From: Callorhinchus milii
Lineage: Eukaryota
Reading direction: 5' to 3'
Assembly: GCF_018977255.1 (NCBI RefSeq)
Contig: NW_024704743.1
Location: 100,752,001 to 100,816,000 of the forward strand
DNA length: 64,000 bases
The number at the start of each line of letters is the position of its first letter. Within the stretch, counting starts at the first letter, position 1. The notes below the pieces were generated by a model. That model searched no databases, had not been told where the DNA came from, and saw nothing but the letters and a program-made list of their open reading frames with translations. Shown piece by piece: positions 23,800-37,098 of the stretch. The position numbers and the translations under genes are program-made.

Positions 23800-24515
23800 T
23801 TTGTATAATAATTACTGTTTAGGGAGTTTTAATCCAGAAAATTACTTGCAACATAGTGTACTCTAAGACTAGGGGACATGGTCTACATCAACACTAGATA
23901 GCCACAGGAACAGCGAAAGGAAAATCTTGAAGAATTTTAACACCCAGGAAGTTGTTGAGATGTGGAATGCCAGTTGAGTAGGGTGGTGGTGGAGTCCATT
24001 CTAGCTCTCAAGAGGGAAATAATAATAATAATAATCGTGGCATTTGATATAGCACCTTATCACGTCTTCAAGACGTCTCAAAGTGCTTCACAGAATATAC
24101 TGTAAAGTGAATTGACTGTATACTCTGTGGACGAAACGCGACAAATTGCACACAGGAGTGTCCCACAACCAGTCATGGATTGAGTGACCAATTTTTTTTT
24201 TTTTTTTTTTTTGAATGGATTATTACCCCCGGAAAAGCGATCTGCCAAACGACTAACAACCAGGTTCCTACTTACTGTGGATAAACAGGGGCGTGTGGAG
24301 TAAAGAAACTTGCCTAACGTTTCACCGTGCCTGGGAATCAAACTCGGGTCTCTTGCTTGCAAGGCAATAATATACAATAAATAAGTAGACAATATACGGA
24401 AGAGAGGGGCTTGAAGGGCTATGGGGATAAGGCGGAGCGATGGGAATAAATTGCTCCTTGCTCTGATGAGGGCTTGATGATCTAAATGGCCTTCTTCTGC
24501 GCTGTAGATTTCTAC
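23800..24515 (+). mobile_element. Old CR1 3' fragment interrupted by a minus-strand tRNA-SINE (24019-24362)
   Basis: CR1 motifs taagactaggggacat, gttgagatgtggaatgc before the insert and aaatggccttcttctg after it; SINE tail and core in between. Confidence 0.75.
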
Positions 24516-26441
24516 GTAACAAAGTATCCTAAAGAGCTTGCTCTTTCACTCTTGCTGCTTACAGTGAACCAGTCAGCACACTCACCAGCACCACACTGAA
24601 GGTTTATTGTGGTGTGCATGTGTGTGTGTAGGGGGTTGCCGGGTCCTTCATCATCTTTCTCTTCCAGGTTTCTCCCCTTCTCTTTCACTGAAGATGCTTG
24701 GCAGGTTTTAAACAGATTATTGTTCCAAAGACATCTGTGATACCTCAGTTGAGTGGGCATGATTCATCATCAGCTTAAACAGTGAATGCTAACAGATTAT
24801 TCAACCACTGGCAATCAAAGATGAACCTCACTTCCATAAATACGTACCTTCAGCAAAAGTCTCTGGATTAGGGGAACTTGGGCTAAATTTTCCCTCTCTA
24901 ACCCAGGGCCACCAAAGTCAACTGCAGCAACTGAGATCATCTGAGATCAGCTCATTCAGCATAAGCTGACTGTATGGCCTGGTGCTGCTTGTAGCCATTA
25001 AGGAGCCCACAATAAAGGTTTAAAACATCGGGCCTCATCCTTTATATAAACATTGTTTGAAGAATATGAAAAGTCAGCAACTGTGGATAGGAGCTATTTT
25101 GATAAACTTTGACCAAATATAGAAATGTATATTAAGCTTTTTTTAAATGGACTACAATAAGTGGGGTGAAAAGTTCTGCGATATCAAATTTACAAGAGAT
25201 ATGAGACGTGTGAAGATCATCCATTCCTTTAGGGAAAACAAAACAAAACTGAAAATGTCTACATTGAAGGCCTAGAAATTGCAATAGGTGCCATTCTGAT
25301 TTACATTCCTAAATGTGCCAACGTACCAATTATGATGCAGTCAGACCCTCATTCGTTAAAACAGTTAGTACATGCAATGTGGACCAAAACAATGACTACA
25401 ATCCTAATCCTTCAGATTTGCAAAAAAAAACACAAGAGCATGCACTTTACAACCAGCAAACTCTGCATGACCTCAAATATGGTTTAAGATTAGACACAAA
25501 GTTTTCAAATACAAAACTGGAGCAAAGTAATTCCTTCGTAAAAGCTGCCTTTCTCTATGCCCTTGCTTTCGTGCCTGTAATGGGCATAGTGTACCATTCA
25601 CCTGGAACATCATCATTTATCAACTACAAATGGAGAACATGTGATGGTTCGTCAAAAAAATACAACTGTAGAGCTTTTTCCCTACCCGAACTACCAGAAA
25701 TCAAAGTAAACAACTAAATAAAGTCACATTTAGAGTAACTCATGTCAACACTTCCTGGAGACCAAAACCACAAAAAACCACGGTAACTTTAAACTCTATG
25801 TTAAACGGAAATTCACAAAAAAGATAAGCAATCTTAATGGGAATTCATGCATTTTGGATTGAGGATGTTAAAAAAAATTTAATATGGGACATTTGCGTCA
25901 TGTTTTTTAATAAAATGACAAATTGGCTCCTGGCATTCGGTATTTGTGTTCAAATTGAGCCATCTATTGAACAGAACACTAGGTTCATTGAAGAACAAAT
26001 GGTTTGCTTAATATTAATGAGGCTGTAGCTATCCCATATGAGAAAAACAAACCCGAATGATTGTCAAATGGTGCTTGGCAACCGCTAGCATGGCTCATTT
26101 GAACAACCCCATTCAATACAGGAATGTACATCCATAAAGTAGCATGTATGTATCATGATCCCAATTACTTCACATTTTCCAAACATCGTTATTGAATAGT
26201 TCCATTGCTCTCAAATAATACAAACCAGTTTTCAGTCCCTGGCTTCCCCATACAAGAAAACTTTTTGTCTAATCTGATGAGTCAAGTTACAGTTATGTCT
26301 CTGCGGAACACAACTTTAGCAGCACGAAGAGGCAGCAATGAGGTTCTGAAACTAGGACGACTGTTGCAACATTGTACAATGTGCAAGACGCTCAAGCACT
26401 GAACACGTATAAAGAGCTGTGTTCTAGGCCGAGGTACACAC

Positions 26442-27023
26442 CTCTTCCTCTGAACTGTCACTCAGGTCATTGTCAAGTGAAGCGCTCAAGGAAGTTGCCT
26501 TGGGCTCCAGGTAGCAGAGGCTCATAGCAAGAGGGAAAGAGAGAGTGAGGGCATAGGAGACTGAGAAAGAGGCTGAAAGCAGGAAGAAGAAAATGAAAAG
26601 AAAGCAGGGAACAAGGGATGGGGAACGGATAGGGAGGTAATGCTGCAGACTCTCAGGCAAGAAGCTGATATCTGAGAAGCTGGGGAATGAAAGGTAGCCG
26701 TCATCATCCAGCACAGAGAATGATGCTGGGAGATGCAAGGAGAATGAAAACAAGGTTCCTTCTTTTCGAGACTTAACCTTACAACTGGAGCTGAGCTCGT
26801 GGTCCTCTGCATAGTTCAGTGCTTTCTTATCAGTAGCCTTTGAAGGATCAATGTCAGGCAACAGACATAATGCTTTGCTGGAGTCTTCAGCTTGAAGAGG
26901 ACCAGATTTTAAAACATTCTCCGTACATCTCCTGCGAACCCTCGCTGGCAACACTGGAGAATCATAGTGCGATGGCAGAGAGTAAGGAGTAGAGTGAAGT
27001 GAATCTGCACCAAAGAATGCAGT
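26442..27023 (-). CDS. EPB41L3: Large U2 cassette exon, 582 nt (TAFFGADS...DSSEEE) with hydrophobic segment
   Basis: Long pyrimidine tract then ctcacag|ACT; GAG|gtgtgt donor; phase 0-0. TLFSFSL..LDDDGYLSFP..SLQHYLPIRSPSLVPCFLFIFFFLLSASFS matches the alternative exon of long 4.1B. Confidence 0.9.
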
Positions 27024-30000
27024 CTGTGAGAGTTGCGGGGAGGGGGAACGGGAAAAGGAAGAGAGAGAAAGAAGTGAAGAGGAATCAGGAAATGGTGGAC
27101 GATACACCAGTAAAACGTAAAAGTGCAGAAACATAAAAAAGGACAAAAAAGAAAATTATTAGTTAATGCACCCCACAGTACTTTTTTAAAAAAATTCAGA
27201 GATTCAGCTGGAAATGGTAAGTTGTTAAGGAAGCTGCTTCGCTGTTGAACCATATTTTAAGGACCTCCAACAACAATTTGCATTCATGTAACTTCAAATT
27301 TAGGTGTCAGTCTGGCTTAGTTGGTAGCATTTTTGCTTGTTCATAATCGCTCTTCCCTTGTTTTTAATTCCTTAGATTCCTTATCTAGGAAAGGGGAAGG
27401 TAAAGAAAAAATCCTCAGGAATAGTTACTATATTAGATCAGGAGGCAGCTGAGAGCAGTGAATGTACCCTAAATGTTAATCAATCCTTATGTATAAAGAC
27501 ACTGCAAATTTTCATTATTCCCATTTCAAATTTGACATTTACAACATTTGCCTTTATTTTAATTTAAATTTTTAATATATTCCTGGGTAGAAAATGTCCA
27601 CACTAAATATGCAACTCAAACACCAACTTGTTTGAATGGCAATAAACTCAAACTTTGCTTAACAGATAGTCATCACGTTTTTATATCAGCATCTCTTGTG
27701 ATTGTACCGTTACAAAGAAATCAGGGATTCTTGCCATTCTGAATATTTGACAATGACGACAACTACCCTTCACAAAGGGTAGCATCTAAAAGTACGTAAC
27801 AGTGGTGGAATTTGATGCTGAGCCAGGGTGAGAGGGAGGGTCTTCAAATGCGATCTGAAGAAGGGCAAGGTGGAGGGGGTTTGAGGCAAAGAGTCCCACA
27901 CAAACCAACTACTTTCAACACCAAATAATGGCAACCAACTCCTTCTGCAACTTTAGTAAAGATGGGCAACCAATATCAGACCATTTATCTGATTAGCCTA
28001 CAACCTATAGATTAGATTAAATCTATTCACTCACTTGGGGATGTCTCAGCAATTCAGGAAATGACTGCAGACATCGACCAACGTGTTTATTCATAGGATG
28101 ATATATTAAAAAGATAATTTAAAGAGAGGTACAGAAGTGCTTAAATATGCTGTGTCAAGGACTGGTGTGACTTGGGTTCAAGCCCACCAATTTACAATGG
28201 GGAATGTTTGAAGTTTTAGCTGTCCCGAACAGAGGCCCTGAGCTCCACCAATGGCTCAGTGAGTTTAGCCAGTGAGAATTTCAAGCAAACAACAAGGGAA
28301 GATCCCAGTTCGATGAGTCTGTGCTGCTAGCTGATCCCAAAAGGGTGGTACTTGAAGCTCTACAATTGACCTCAGCCTCTGGATTATCGAGGGGAGAATC
28401 AGCCAAAGTACCCACTCCCAATCACTATCCAGTGCATGTCAAGTGAAGATCAGAACAGGCTCAAAGCCCTCTCTGCCCTGTGCATTCTAATTTTTTTTTT
28501 AAAAAAGCAACCAAAAGAGCTCAACTTAAAATGCAACAAACAAATACTCCCCAAGGGTGAGCTAAAGGCTGTCTATCTTGCTGTGATCACTTGAGATTTG
28601 GTTTGAATTTATTTGAACATCTCAAAAAGTAGCCTTTGTAACTGAGTTCAGTTATCTAGGAAGTCCATGAGATTTGTGATGGTCTTGACACAAGGCAGAT
28701 GGTGAGCCAGTGAGGTGTGCTGTAGTGAGAGGTTTCATGAATCGCTGCTGTGTTGGTGCTACACTATGCAATCGCAGCTTTGATATTTAATGAGTCTCAT
28801 TCCAGAGAATGGTAATGATGCAATAAAGTCTTCTTTCTGCCTTTAATGGCCTGCGCGTCTTATTGTCGCTGTGTTTATTAAGCAGGGAAAGCAAATGCAT
28901 AAACGAGAAAAGGATAGCCCAGCAGCTACAAGCTCTGGAAAGGTTTGTGATCCAAATAATCTTAAAATCACTGCTGGCATTGTCACCCTTGCAAGTCCGC
29001 CAGTTGGGGGTTGAGTAAATCATCTAAGGAAGGAAGGGAAACCTTCCCCTGAAGCATACCTCCTGCTGGGTGAGTATTGACACTGGCATCTATTATGCAC
29101 CAAATTCAAACCATGTCCAAACACAGGTGTGTTATGCAATGTGAAAACCTTCTGCACAGAGAGAATTACAAGTGTCCTTAATTATGGAACAGTTACTTAT
29201 GTGAAGAAGGGCACCTGTAATTGCCTCCATTCACATGGTTTAACACATGCCTCGATACACCTGTGTTTATACTTCAATTGAGTCAATCTTTGGATAGGGG
29301 CACGAAAAGGGAGGAATATTTTAAAAAGACGACAGGATGGTATTTTGATTGAACTCATAGCAAGAATTCGTGGATCTTTTAAGTTGTTTTTAACTATCAA
29401 ATAGGCACAAGAGTGAAGTTAAGCAGCTGTCTCCATGACAGATCCATGCATGAAAACATACAGGCATAAGACCTGCAACACTGATGCCTTTAACAGGGTC
29501 TCATTAAATGCTGCAGAAATCTGCTCATTACTGGAAAAACATTGCACCAAACCAGTAGATTTTCCTTTCAAATAAATACCTTGGGAAAAGTATCTGATAT
29601 ATTTTTAGAAAATCATGGTGTGAAACGGTTGTTTGCTAAGATCGTTTCCCCAACTCAGGCAACCTATTAAGCCCATTAAAAGGGAACACTCTCTCTTTAG
29701 AGAGAGCCCGAGGCTCATAAACTGCAGATATGCCAACAATCTCGGTACTCAACCGAACTGCTCCAAGCACATTCACTGGGATTCAGCATATTCAGCATTA
29801 AAGACCCCCACTAAATTTTGTTCTCAAGAAATATCTGAATCTCTCCCTATTCAAAGTTCTTTTACAAGAAACAGTCACATCTCTAGAATAGGATTATCCT
29901 TGAATATTGATTCTACTTAATTGGTGCTATAAAAGAGTAAATAGTATGCATTTATATACCTTGTGACATTAATCACATGGAATATGCTGATGTGGGCTAT

Positions 30001-32500
30001 ACAACAGTGCAGAACTCCTTTTCTCTGCTACACAGCTATTAATTTTATTTCACATTTCATGCACCAGCCGTCCTATTGTCTTTTCAGGTAAGATTGTCAA
30101 TTTGTGTCCAGCCACAGGCAGTTTTGTCCAACAACATTAGCATAGGACCCATCCAAAGAGGGGAGATGCAGTCTGAATAGTATTCCAGCCCCATTGTCAC
30201 AGGCAAATGGATGCTGTGATGGATCACTGCACTGTTCAACTCTCCAATACACATATAGATATACTGACATCGAAAGGCAAACAAAATCTAGAGGCTCATC
30301 AAGTTCACACCTAAAAGAACCCTTCCCCACTTCACTTAGCTCATAAAATACACCTACACTGCCTCCTTGGGGCTGGGGGTGTATTTGACTGACTGATGAG
30401 CATCCTGTGACTGATGAGATCAAAATATCTGTTTTCTTCTGGATGATTTCTCTCTAACCTGAGCCTGGACAGTTTCAACACAGTTCCTGGTGGGTACAGG
30501 CGACTAAAACAAAGGTCCTCAGAGTTGCTGTCAAAATCTAAGTCTTGTTCAGAGATGATAAAGAGGATATGTGATGCAAGAAATTAAATACAACAACAAC
30601 TTGCATTTCTATAGCGCCCTTCATGCAGGCTAGCATCTTGGAGCACTTAAAATAAGGGGTAAATGTCTTGGCAGAGTAAAAAAAAACTTTAGTCAACATC
30701 TGTCCTTAACCAGAGCAGAAAAGATACTTCAAATGACCATTATCTTGCTCAAGTGGCCATTCCTCACTTGTGAAACAGAAACACAGCGAAGTCTAATCCT
30801 GCTCTCACTGGGAAACTACACACACATACACCCTTACACATCTACACATGCACAGACACCTTCCATCAAGGGACAGTTGTCAGAGCAGAAACAATTACTT
30901 AATTCTTCCCCTTCCATAGACCAAGGACAATGAGACAGATTGTAGAGCCTCAGTTGCTGTTCTGGATGAGAAGAAGTGGATTCTGCACAGGACAGGATTC
31001 GGCCTGCACAGTTCTGATCTGTATGCTTTAGTTCTACACTTGGCAGTTCTCTTCAAACCTACCAGCCCACCAGGAGAGCCACAGTATGCATTCATATAAA
31101 GGTTAAGCTAAGGTTCATTTTTTGAAAGTTGTTTTTTATCCTCGATATTATTCCCCAACACAGAGGGCATCAGGTAATTGGTTTTGCACTGGCGGGTAAG
31201 GAATCGCAATGCTGTTATGCACTGAATAGCTATCTAACCAGGTCCTGTGGAGGTCAAGTTTGGCAAATAACTCGTCAGATTGAAAATATCTCCATTCCCA
31301 TTGCTGCCCATAAATTCAATGAGGTTGTAGTAACCTCAAACAGAATAGCTGTCTCTGGCTGCATAAATCAACACACAAATCAACGTCTGACTGCTCAGCT
31401 AATCATCCCTTCTGGTCATCCCTAATGACAGCTAAAATCAATGCATTTACCTGATGCCTTTGAGAATCCAAATGTTGAAATTCTTAATGTTTAATAAAAT
31501 ATCCATAGGTGTTTATATGTTTTTAATAACACAAGCGACAAAGCAGTTCTTATCGACAAGAGTGAAATTTCCCAGAGGTTTATTAAAATTTCCCTGTGGA
31601 CTTTGCTTAGTTCTCACCAACTTCTATTGATCTTTGTCATACTCCATCAAACACACAAGTTCAGTACTTGCATTCCATGTCCTTTAGTACTGACTTAATA
31701 CAGTGTATTAAGTTATTATAGAGGTTGAAAAAACTGCTGAATTATCAATGTCAGGAGAAGAACATTTTGTGTTTTAAATTGTATTATCCGATATAAGAGG
31801 CATAAAATGCTACTAGTCTTAACCCATAAGACCACCGTCTTAATATTTAAGACAGCTCACCACTGTTTTCTATTCTTAAATTCAGTTTCGATTTGGAAGC
31901 TAGTATTCTGGGTCATTAAAAAGAACCAGTTTGAAAATTAAGACTGAATTTGAGATTTTTTTTCACAATTTTGCACAATCTTAAAGTTTAAGACAAAATG
32001 GTCTAACAGGGTAAGCCTGGATGGAATTTGGGGCTAAAGATGCCAGGTTGGAACCAATAGTGTGAATCAGATGAAATATCCTATAGAAAATAGAGTTTGG
32101 ATTGTAAGGAGCTTTTTCAGTGAGAGACACTAGCAGCACAGTGGTTTTGCATTGGGAGCACTTTTCAAGGCAAACACAAGTCTCTGATGTGCTATTAATT
32201 CTAACTCCAGTTCCATGTAACAGTAGGATTATAAATGGTTTGAGAATACCAACCCAACAATGTGCTACAGTTTGTGCAGTGCATCAGTAAACTACCGCAA
32301 GAATTAATGGGCTTCATTGGAGTGGAGTTGAACTGGCCAGAAATTAACATTTTCACCTTATTGCAATCATGACAGTTTACATCAAAGGGATACTTTACTT
32401 GTTTTTCAGATCTATAACCTGCATATTTTACAATACTGATTCCCTCCTCCCTTTCCCCCTACCCTCCCTCAACACTTTCCATACTCTGGTACAACTCTAC

Positions 32501-32721
32501 CTTTGTGTCATGCTTGGCTGGTGTGACAGATGGAGTAATATCAGCCTTCGCTGTCCTCTCCTCTTCTTCTGCCTTTTCCTCTTCTGCCTTCTTCTCTGGT
32601 GTCACTGTGGTTATTAGATTGGTTGAGACAATAGTCTTGGCTGCACCATAATGGCCAGCAGTAACCTCAGAGGCAGAAATGGAATCCTTCATGAACATCT
32701 CATGGTTTTCTGTGACAGATG
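32501..32721 (-). CDS. EPB41L3: U2-region exon, 221 nt: ASVTENHEMFMKDS...TNLITTVTPEKKAEEE...AKHDTK
   Basis: ttaaag|CA TCT ... AAG|gtagag; phase 1-0; resembles the 4.1B U2 peptide. Confidence 0.9.
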
Positions 32722-32959
32722 CTTTAAAATGCAAATCAGAAATGCCATTAATAACAGTGCAGTGCTTCAAAGAATTGTATCCATTGAATTTCAGTTTCAC
32801 ATACTCTGATACATTGTTCAAGATCTCTGCAAATTTGTAACAGTGGTAGAGATACCTAATTTGGTTGCATTAGTTCTTAAGCCAATCATAGAATTGTGCA
32901 CAAAAGAAAAAGGCCTATGTTTATTTTTTTTATTCAAAATATAGCACTGCACTAGTGGA

Positions 32960-33570
32960 CAAGACCATCAATAATGCAAATAGAGTCGTAAGGAAGTAAT
33001 GTTAAATTCAGTTAAAAATCCCTAGTTAGACCACATTTGGAAAACTGTGTACAGTTCTGGTCATATTACAGGAAGAACATTGTAGCACTGGAGAAAGTAT
33101 GGTGTACATTTACTAGGGATGTTAACAGGGATGATACAGCTATGAAGAAAGATTGGACTGGTTGGAACTTTTCTCACTAACGTTCAAATGATTGAGAGAG
33201 AACCTAATAGAGGTGTTTAATAATAGGAAAGGATTTAAGAAGATGGATGTTGATAGACTATTTTCACTTGTTGATGAATCCAAAATAATAATAATAATCC
33301 TTGCATTTGATATAGTGCCTTAACACGTTTTCGAGACATCTCAAAGGACTTCATAGAATATACTGTAGAATGAATGGACTGTATATTTTGTGGCCAAAAA
33401 TGAGAGAGCATAAATATAAGCTTAGTCAGCAGTAGATCTAAGAGTTCAGAGGGGTGGTGAGAAAATGGAATTCACTGCTGGAATTTATGGTTGAAACAAA
33501 AAGCTTCCTCATTTATTTGAGAGGGAACTAGATGCATACATGAGGAAGAAGGGAATAGAGGGATATTAGA
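32960..33570 (+). mobile_element. Old CR1 fragment with inserted SINE tail (about 33287-33400)
   Basis: ctagttagaccacatttggaaaactgtgtacagttctggtc (LVRPHLE.CVQFW motif), gtggtgagaaaatggaattcactg. Confidence 0.75.
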
Positions 33571-33574
33571 ACAA

Positions 33575-33965
33575 CAACTTCCACTTATATAACGCCCTCC
33601 ATGCAGGGTAGCGTCACAGAGCGCTGAACACGAACAGGAGCGTGAGGATCTTGAAGTCGACCCGTTCAGTGATTCGGAGCCAGTGGAGCCTGGCCAGAAC
33701 TGGTGAGATGAGGGTACAGAATTTGGTCTGTGTCAGAATGCGGGCGGCAGAGTGCTGAATGAGCTGGATAGTGAATAGTGGAGCTGGGGAGACTGGTGAG
33801 GAGTGCTTTGGAGTAATCCAAGCGGGAGGTGACAAATGCATGCACGAGGGTTTTGGCTGCATTTGGGGTAAGGTACGGTCGGAAGCGGGCAATGCGGCAG
33901 AGGTGGAAGAAGGCGGTCCTGGTCAGGGACCGGATGAAGGAGTAGATGGAGTGGAAGCTCACATA
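33575..33965 (-). mobile_element. L2-clade LINE 3' fragment
   Basis: RTAFFHL..IARFRPYLT..AAKTLVHAFVTSRLDYSKALL; ISPVLARLHWL..RVDFKIL; frameshifted. Confidence 0.9.
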
Positions 33966-35034
33966 TCAACGAAACTCATGAGCTGCATAGAGTTGAGCCA
34001 AAATAATTGTTTCCATGATGTAATATTCTATGTCATTTAATATTGAATTATTGGGTACAATAAATGTGTTACTAGCAACCCACGTCAAGAAAGATTTAAA
34101 CACAAGAGTCTGTGAAAGTGAAATCAGATTACCATCATCCAAAAAACGATTAGATCATACAATTCGGTTATTAATCACTCTGCGTTTGTTGTTGAGGTTA
34201 AGAGGTCAATCACACGCATGCAAATTTTCTGAAAGAAACAACTTCTCCCATATATCACACTGTTAAGTCTACCTGTAACTTTAGTTTCATTATCTGGGGT
34301 TACCAGCTTTTCCTCGCCAACAAGAGCCACAGGATTTATTGGTCTACTCTGTTGATCTATGAAAAGGTTTACAAGTTAGAAAATTTAGTTCAAGTATTAA
34401 CCTGTTACAACGCAGCTTGGTAGATTATAGCTCATAGCCACTAATGCCATTTCCTCTTGTCTTGCTCATATAGGGTATGGACAGGAAGCACTGCTGACAT
34501 TGCATCATGAAAGATACAACATACAGGAAGTGAGGTCAGCTGCTACTCAGGAATCCCGGAAGTGATGACCGGTGGCCCTTTTTTTTCAGATCATCTCCTT
34601 AAGAACATGAAGTCTGAGTTTATGGACCCAAACCACCATGTTGTATTGGGATCACTTTGTACGAGCCAACAAAAAAATGACTGGGTTGATTCCCAGAATC
34701 CATGACTGGAGGCTAACTTGCAGGATTTATTAATGGGAAGGAATCCTATTAGAATTCCAGTTGACCCACGAGAACTCTGCTTCAGAGTAGGGTTCCTGCG
34801 GGTCAGTGTGACTTATTTCTGCTTCACATAAAGAAACCTAGCTGCGCTTATTCGAATCCCTCAGTAAGGAATTCTGTTTAAAAGTAACACAAATTAGACC
34901 GCAGTAATTTTTTCCCCTAAATTAAGTCTCCGTTGCCTTGTATATCCTGCAAACTAGACATAGTATGCTTATAGCAAGTTTTAGCAATTTGCTGCCGATA
35001 CTCATTCTGTTTTATTCAGTGGCATAACAATGAC

Positions 35035-35235
35035 AATTTAAACAGCGCCTTTCACTTTGGGGGTGGGGTGAGAGGGGCATGTACTTGGGGGAAGGAAGGT
35101 GCCACACTCAACAAGATAGGGCTTAAGTGGGTTTTGAAGGTGGAGAGAGAGGGGGCAAGATGGAGGGACGTAGGAGTGAAATTCCAGAAGGCAAGGGCAG
35201 GGTTGCTGAAGGCACCAATGATGAGGCACAGAAAG
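35035..35235 (-). mobile_element. L2 LINE 3'-end fragment
   Basis: AFS..ALAFWN..PSLSTFKTHL; gtgaaaggcgct tail. Confidence 0.7.
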
Positions 35236-35311
35236 GTTAAAGAGCACTGAAACAATAATATTCAGCAGCATTAACAAATGTTGCCTCAGACTGTGACTTC
35301 TCTTTCCTTAC

Positions 35312-35487
35312 CTCCATCTAAGCTACGTGACATGGTGTAACGTTTGCTGGAAGAACGTTCAAAGTATGGTGCTGGGCGGTCTATGAGTGAACTGGCTCTT
35401 CGTGTTTGGGCCTGGGTTCTGCCGCTGTAGCGGAATTTGGAACCCAGTGTAAGAAATTTCTTGGGAGGTGGCTCAGGAGACACGAGG
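35312..35487 (-). CDS. EPB41L3: FERM-adjacent (FA) exon, 176 nt: [58 protein letters not shown]
   Basis: ttacag|C CTC ... GGA G|gtaagg; phase 2-1. Confidence 0.97.
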
Positions 35488-36999
35488 CTGTAAAAGAAGC
35501 AATCGATTTAAACAGGAAACTGTCATTGAATAAGTAGGTGACACCCTAATTTCATTAGGATCCATTCATAAGATGCACCAATCTAAGATCACTTGTCATA
35601 GTAAGATTCTGCTGTACGCCAAGATTGTTTTTCTTGTAAATTACTTCAACTTCAAATAGTATTTCCCATCTTTCAAGGTAGCGTATGGGAAGGTTTTCAA
35701 AAACCTGTCACCTATTACAGTGGTACAGAAACAGGGTCACTATCACAGTGAGACCCAGAGACCTAAGGAAAAGAGATCAATTCTTACAACTAGAAGCAGC
35801 CTAAAAGAAGCTCTGATTTAATTTCAGAGCTCAGTTGATATCCCCAGCCATATGACAATGATGATATAGAGTGCAGAAGTCATCTAAAGTGTGAGATTAA
35901 ATCACATTCTTCAAGACTGCCTGCCACTGCTTGAACTGATGTACACAACACCCTCCACATAACAAATTCTGTACTGCCACGGCTAAAATTAGTGATGAAA
36001 TGAAAACAAATTAAAAATGTTATTAATTGAAAATAATTCCGCCATTGGATTCACAGGAGAGTATAATAAATTCATTATTTTGTTGTTGGCACACCAAGTG
36101 ATAGGCCCGCTGAGTCCACCATGCACTTTAATATAATTGCAGGCAACTTTATTTGATAAACATTTAATGAACTGATATTTCCCACTACTCCGGTGTATTA
36201 TTCCATTCTGAGCGCTGCAGCATTCCGAGACACTATCCGGAATTAATGAATGGCATTTTATTAGTTCAAGCTGTTGTTTGATCAATGGACTTAAAACTTG
36301 CTAGATAAATATGGTCTCCAAATTAGCAGGACGTGTCAAGTGACATAGATCCAAACTAATTTAGACTACATTATATACTTCTGCAGCCTAAAGCAGGCTG
36401 ATTAAGTACCTTGTAGAATACTGTAATTCAATACCTCTTCAATGCTGTTGCCACAACTCAAACTTGTGTGCATGTAAAATAATATAGACTGGTTTCACTA
36501 TATTGATAATAATCCTTGCATTTGATAGTACCTTTCACCTCAGGAGGCCATCTCAAAGTACTTCAAAGGATTTACTGTGTTGCTGCCTTGGCGTATCTGA
36601 AAGTATTGTTCAGATACTTACACGAATAGTACTAGTTCAGATACTTTCAGCCACTACCCCCAAAAAACTCAGAAACAAACATTAAACACTGCAGCAATTT
36701 GGACCCATTATATTTATACTGTGTGGGTGTGAATCACATTCCCACTGAATCTACAATCTGAAGGCAGTGCTGGAAGTGAGACTGCAAACCATGGAAATGT
36801 ACAACCCAGTAGGAATCCAGTCGGCCCATTATTCTGTGTCAGTGTTTGCTCCTATTTATACCAAGCGTTTGTCAGTGAATCACTGACAGTATATACACAG
36901 CACAATAGTATATATTGGTGAAGGTTGTTTTTCTTCTGTGATATTCTAAATTAAACAAGATCTCCTCAACTAAGATTCATTTGTAAGAGTTGAGACTTA

Positions 37000-37098
<99 letters not shown>

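Noticed and set aside
25313..25717. 134-aa plus-strand ORF (likewise 51970-52398 and 60036-60461)
   Set aside because: No recognisable domain or splice structure; consistent with chance or repeat-derived ORFs
27024..27146. N-terminal part of the 240-aa ORF as a signal peptide or independent gene
   Set aside because: It is the translated polypyrimidine tract of the acceptor; similarity to 4.1B starts at 27023
30390..30465. TGATGA...CTGA pattern resembling a C/D snoRNA or hammerhead core
   Set aside because: On the strand opposite to the host gene, no terminal stem, and no stem II plus GAAA
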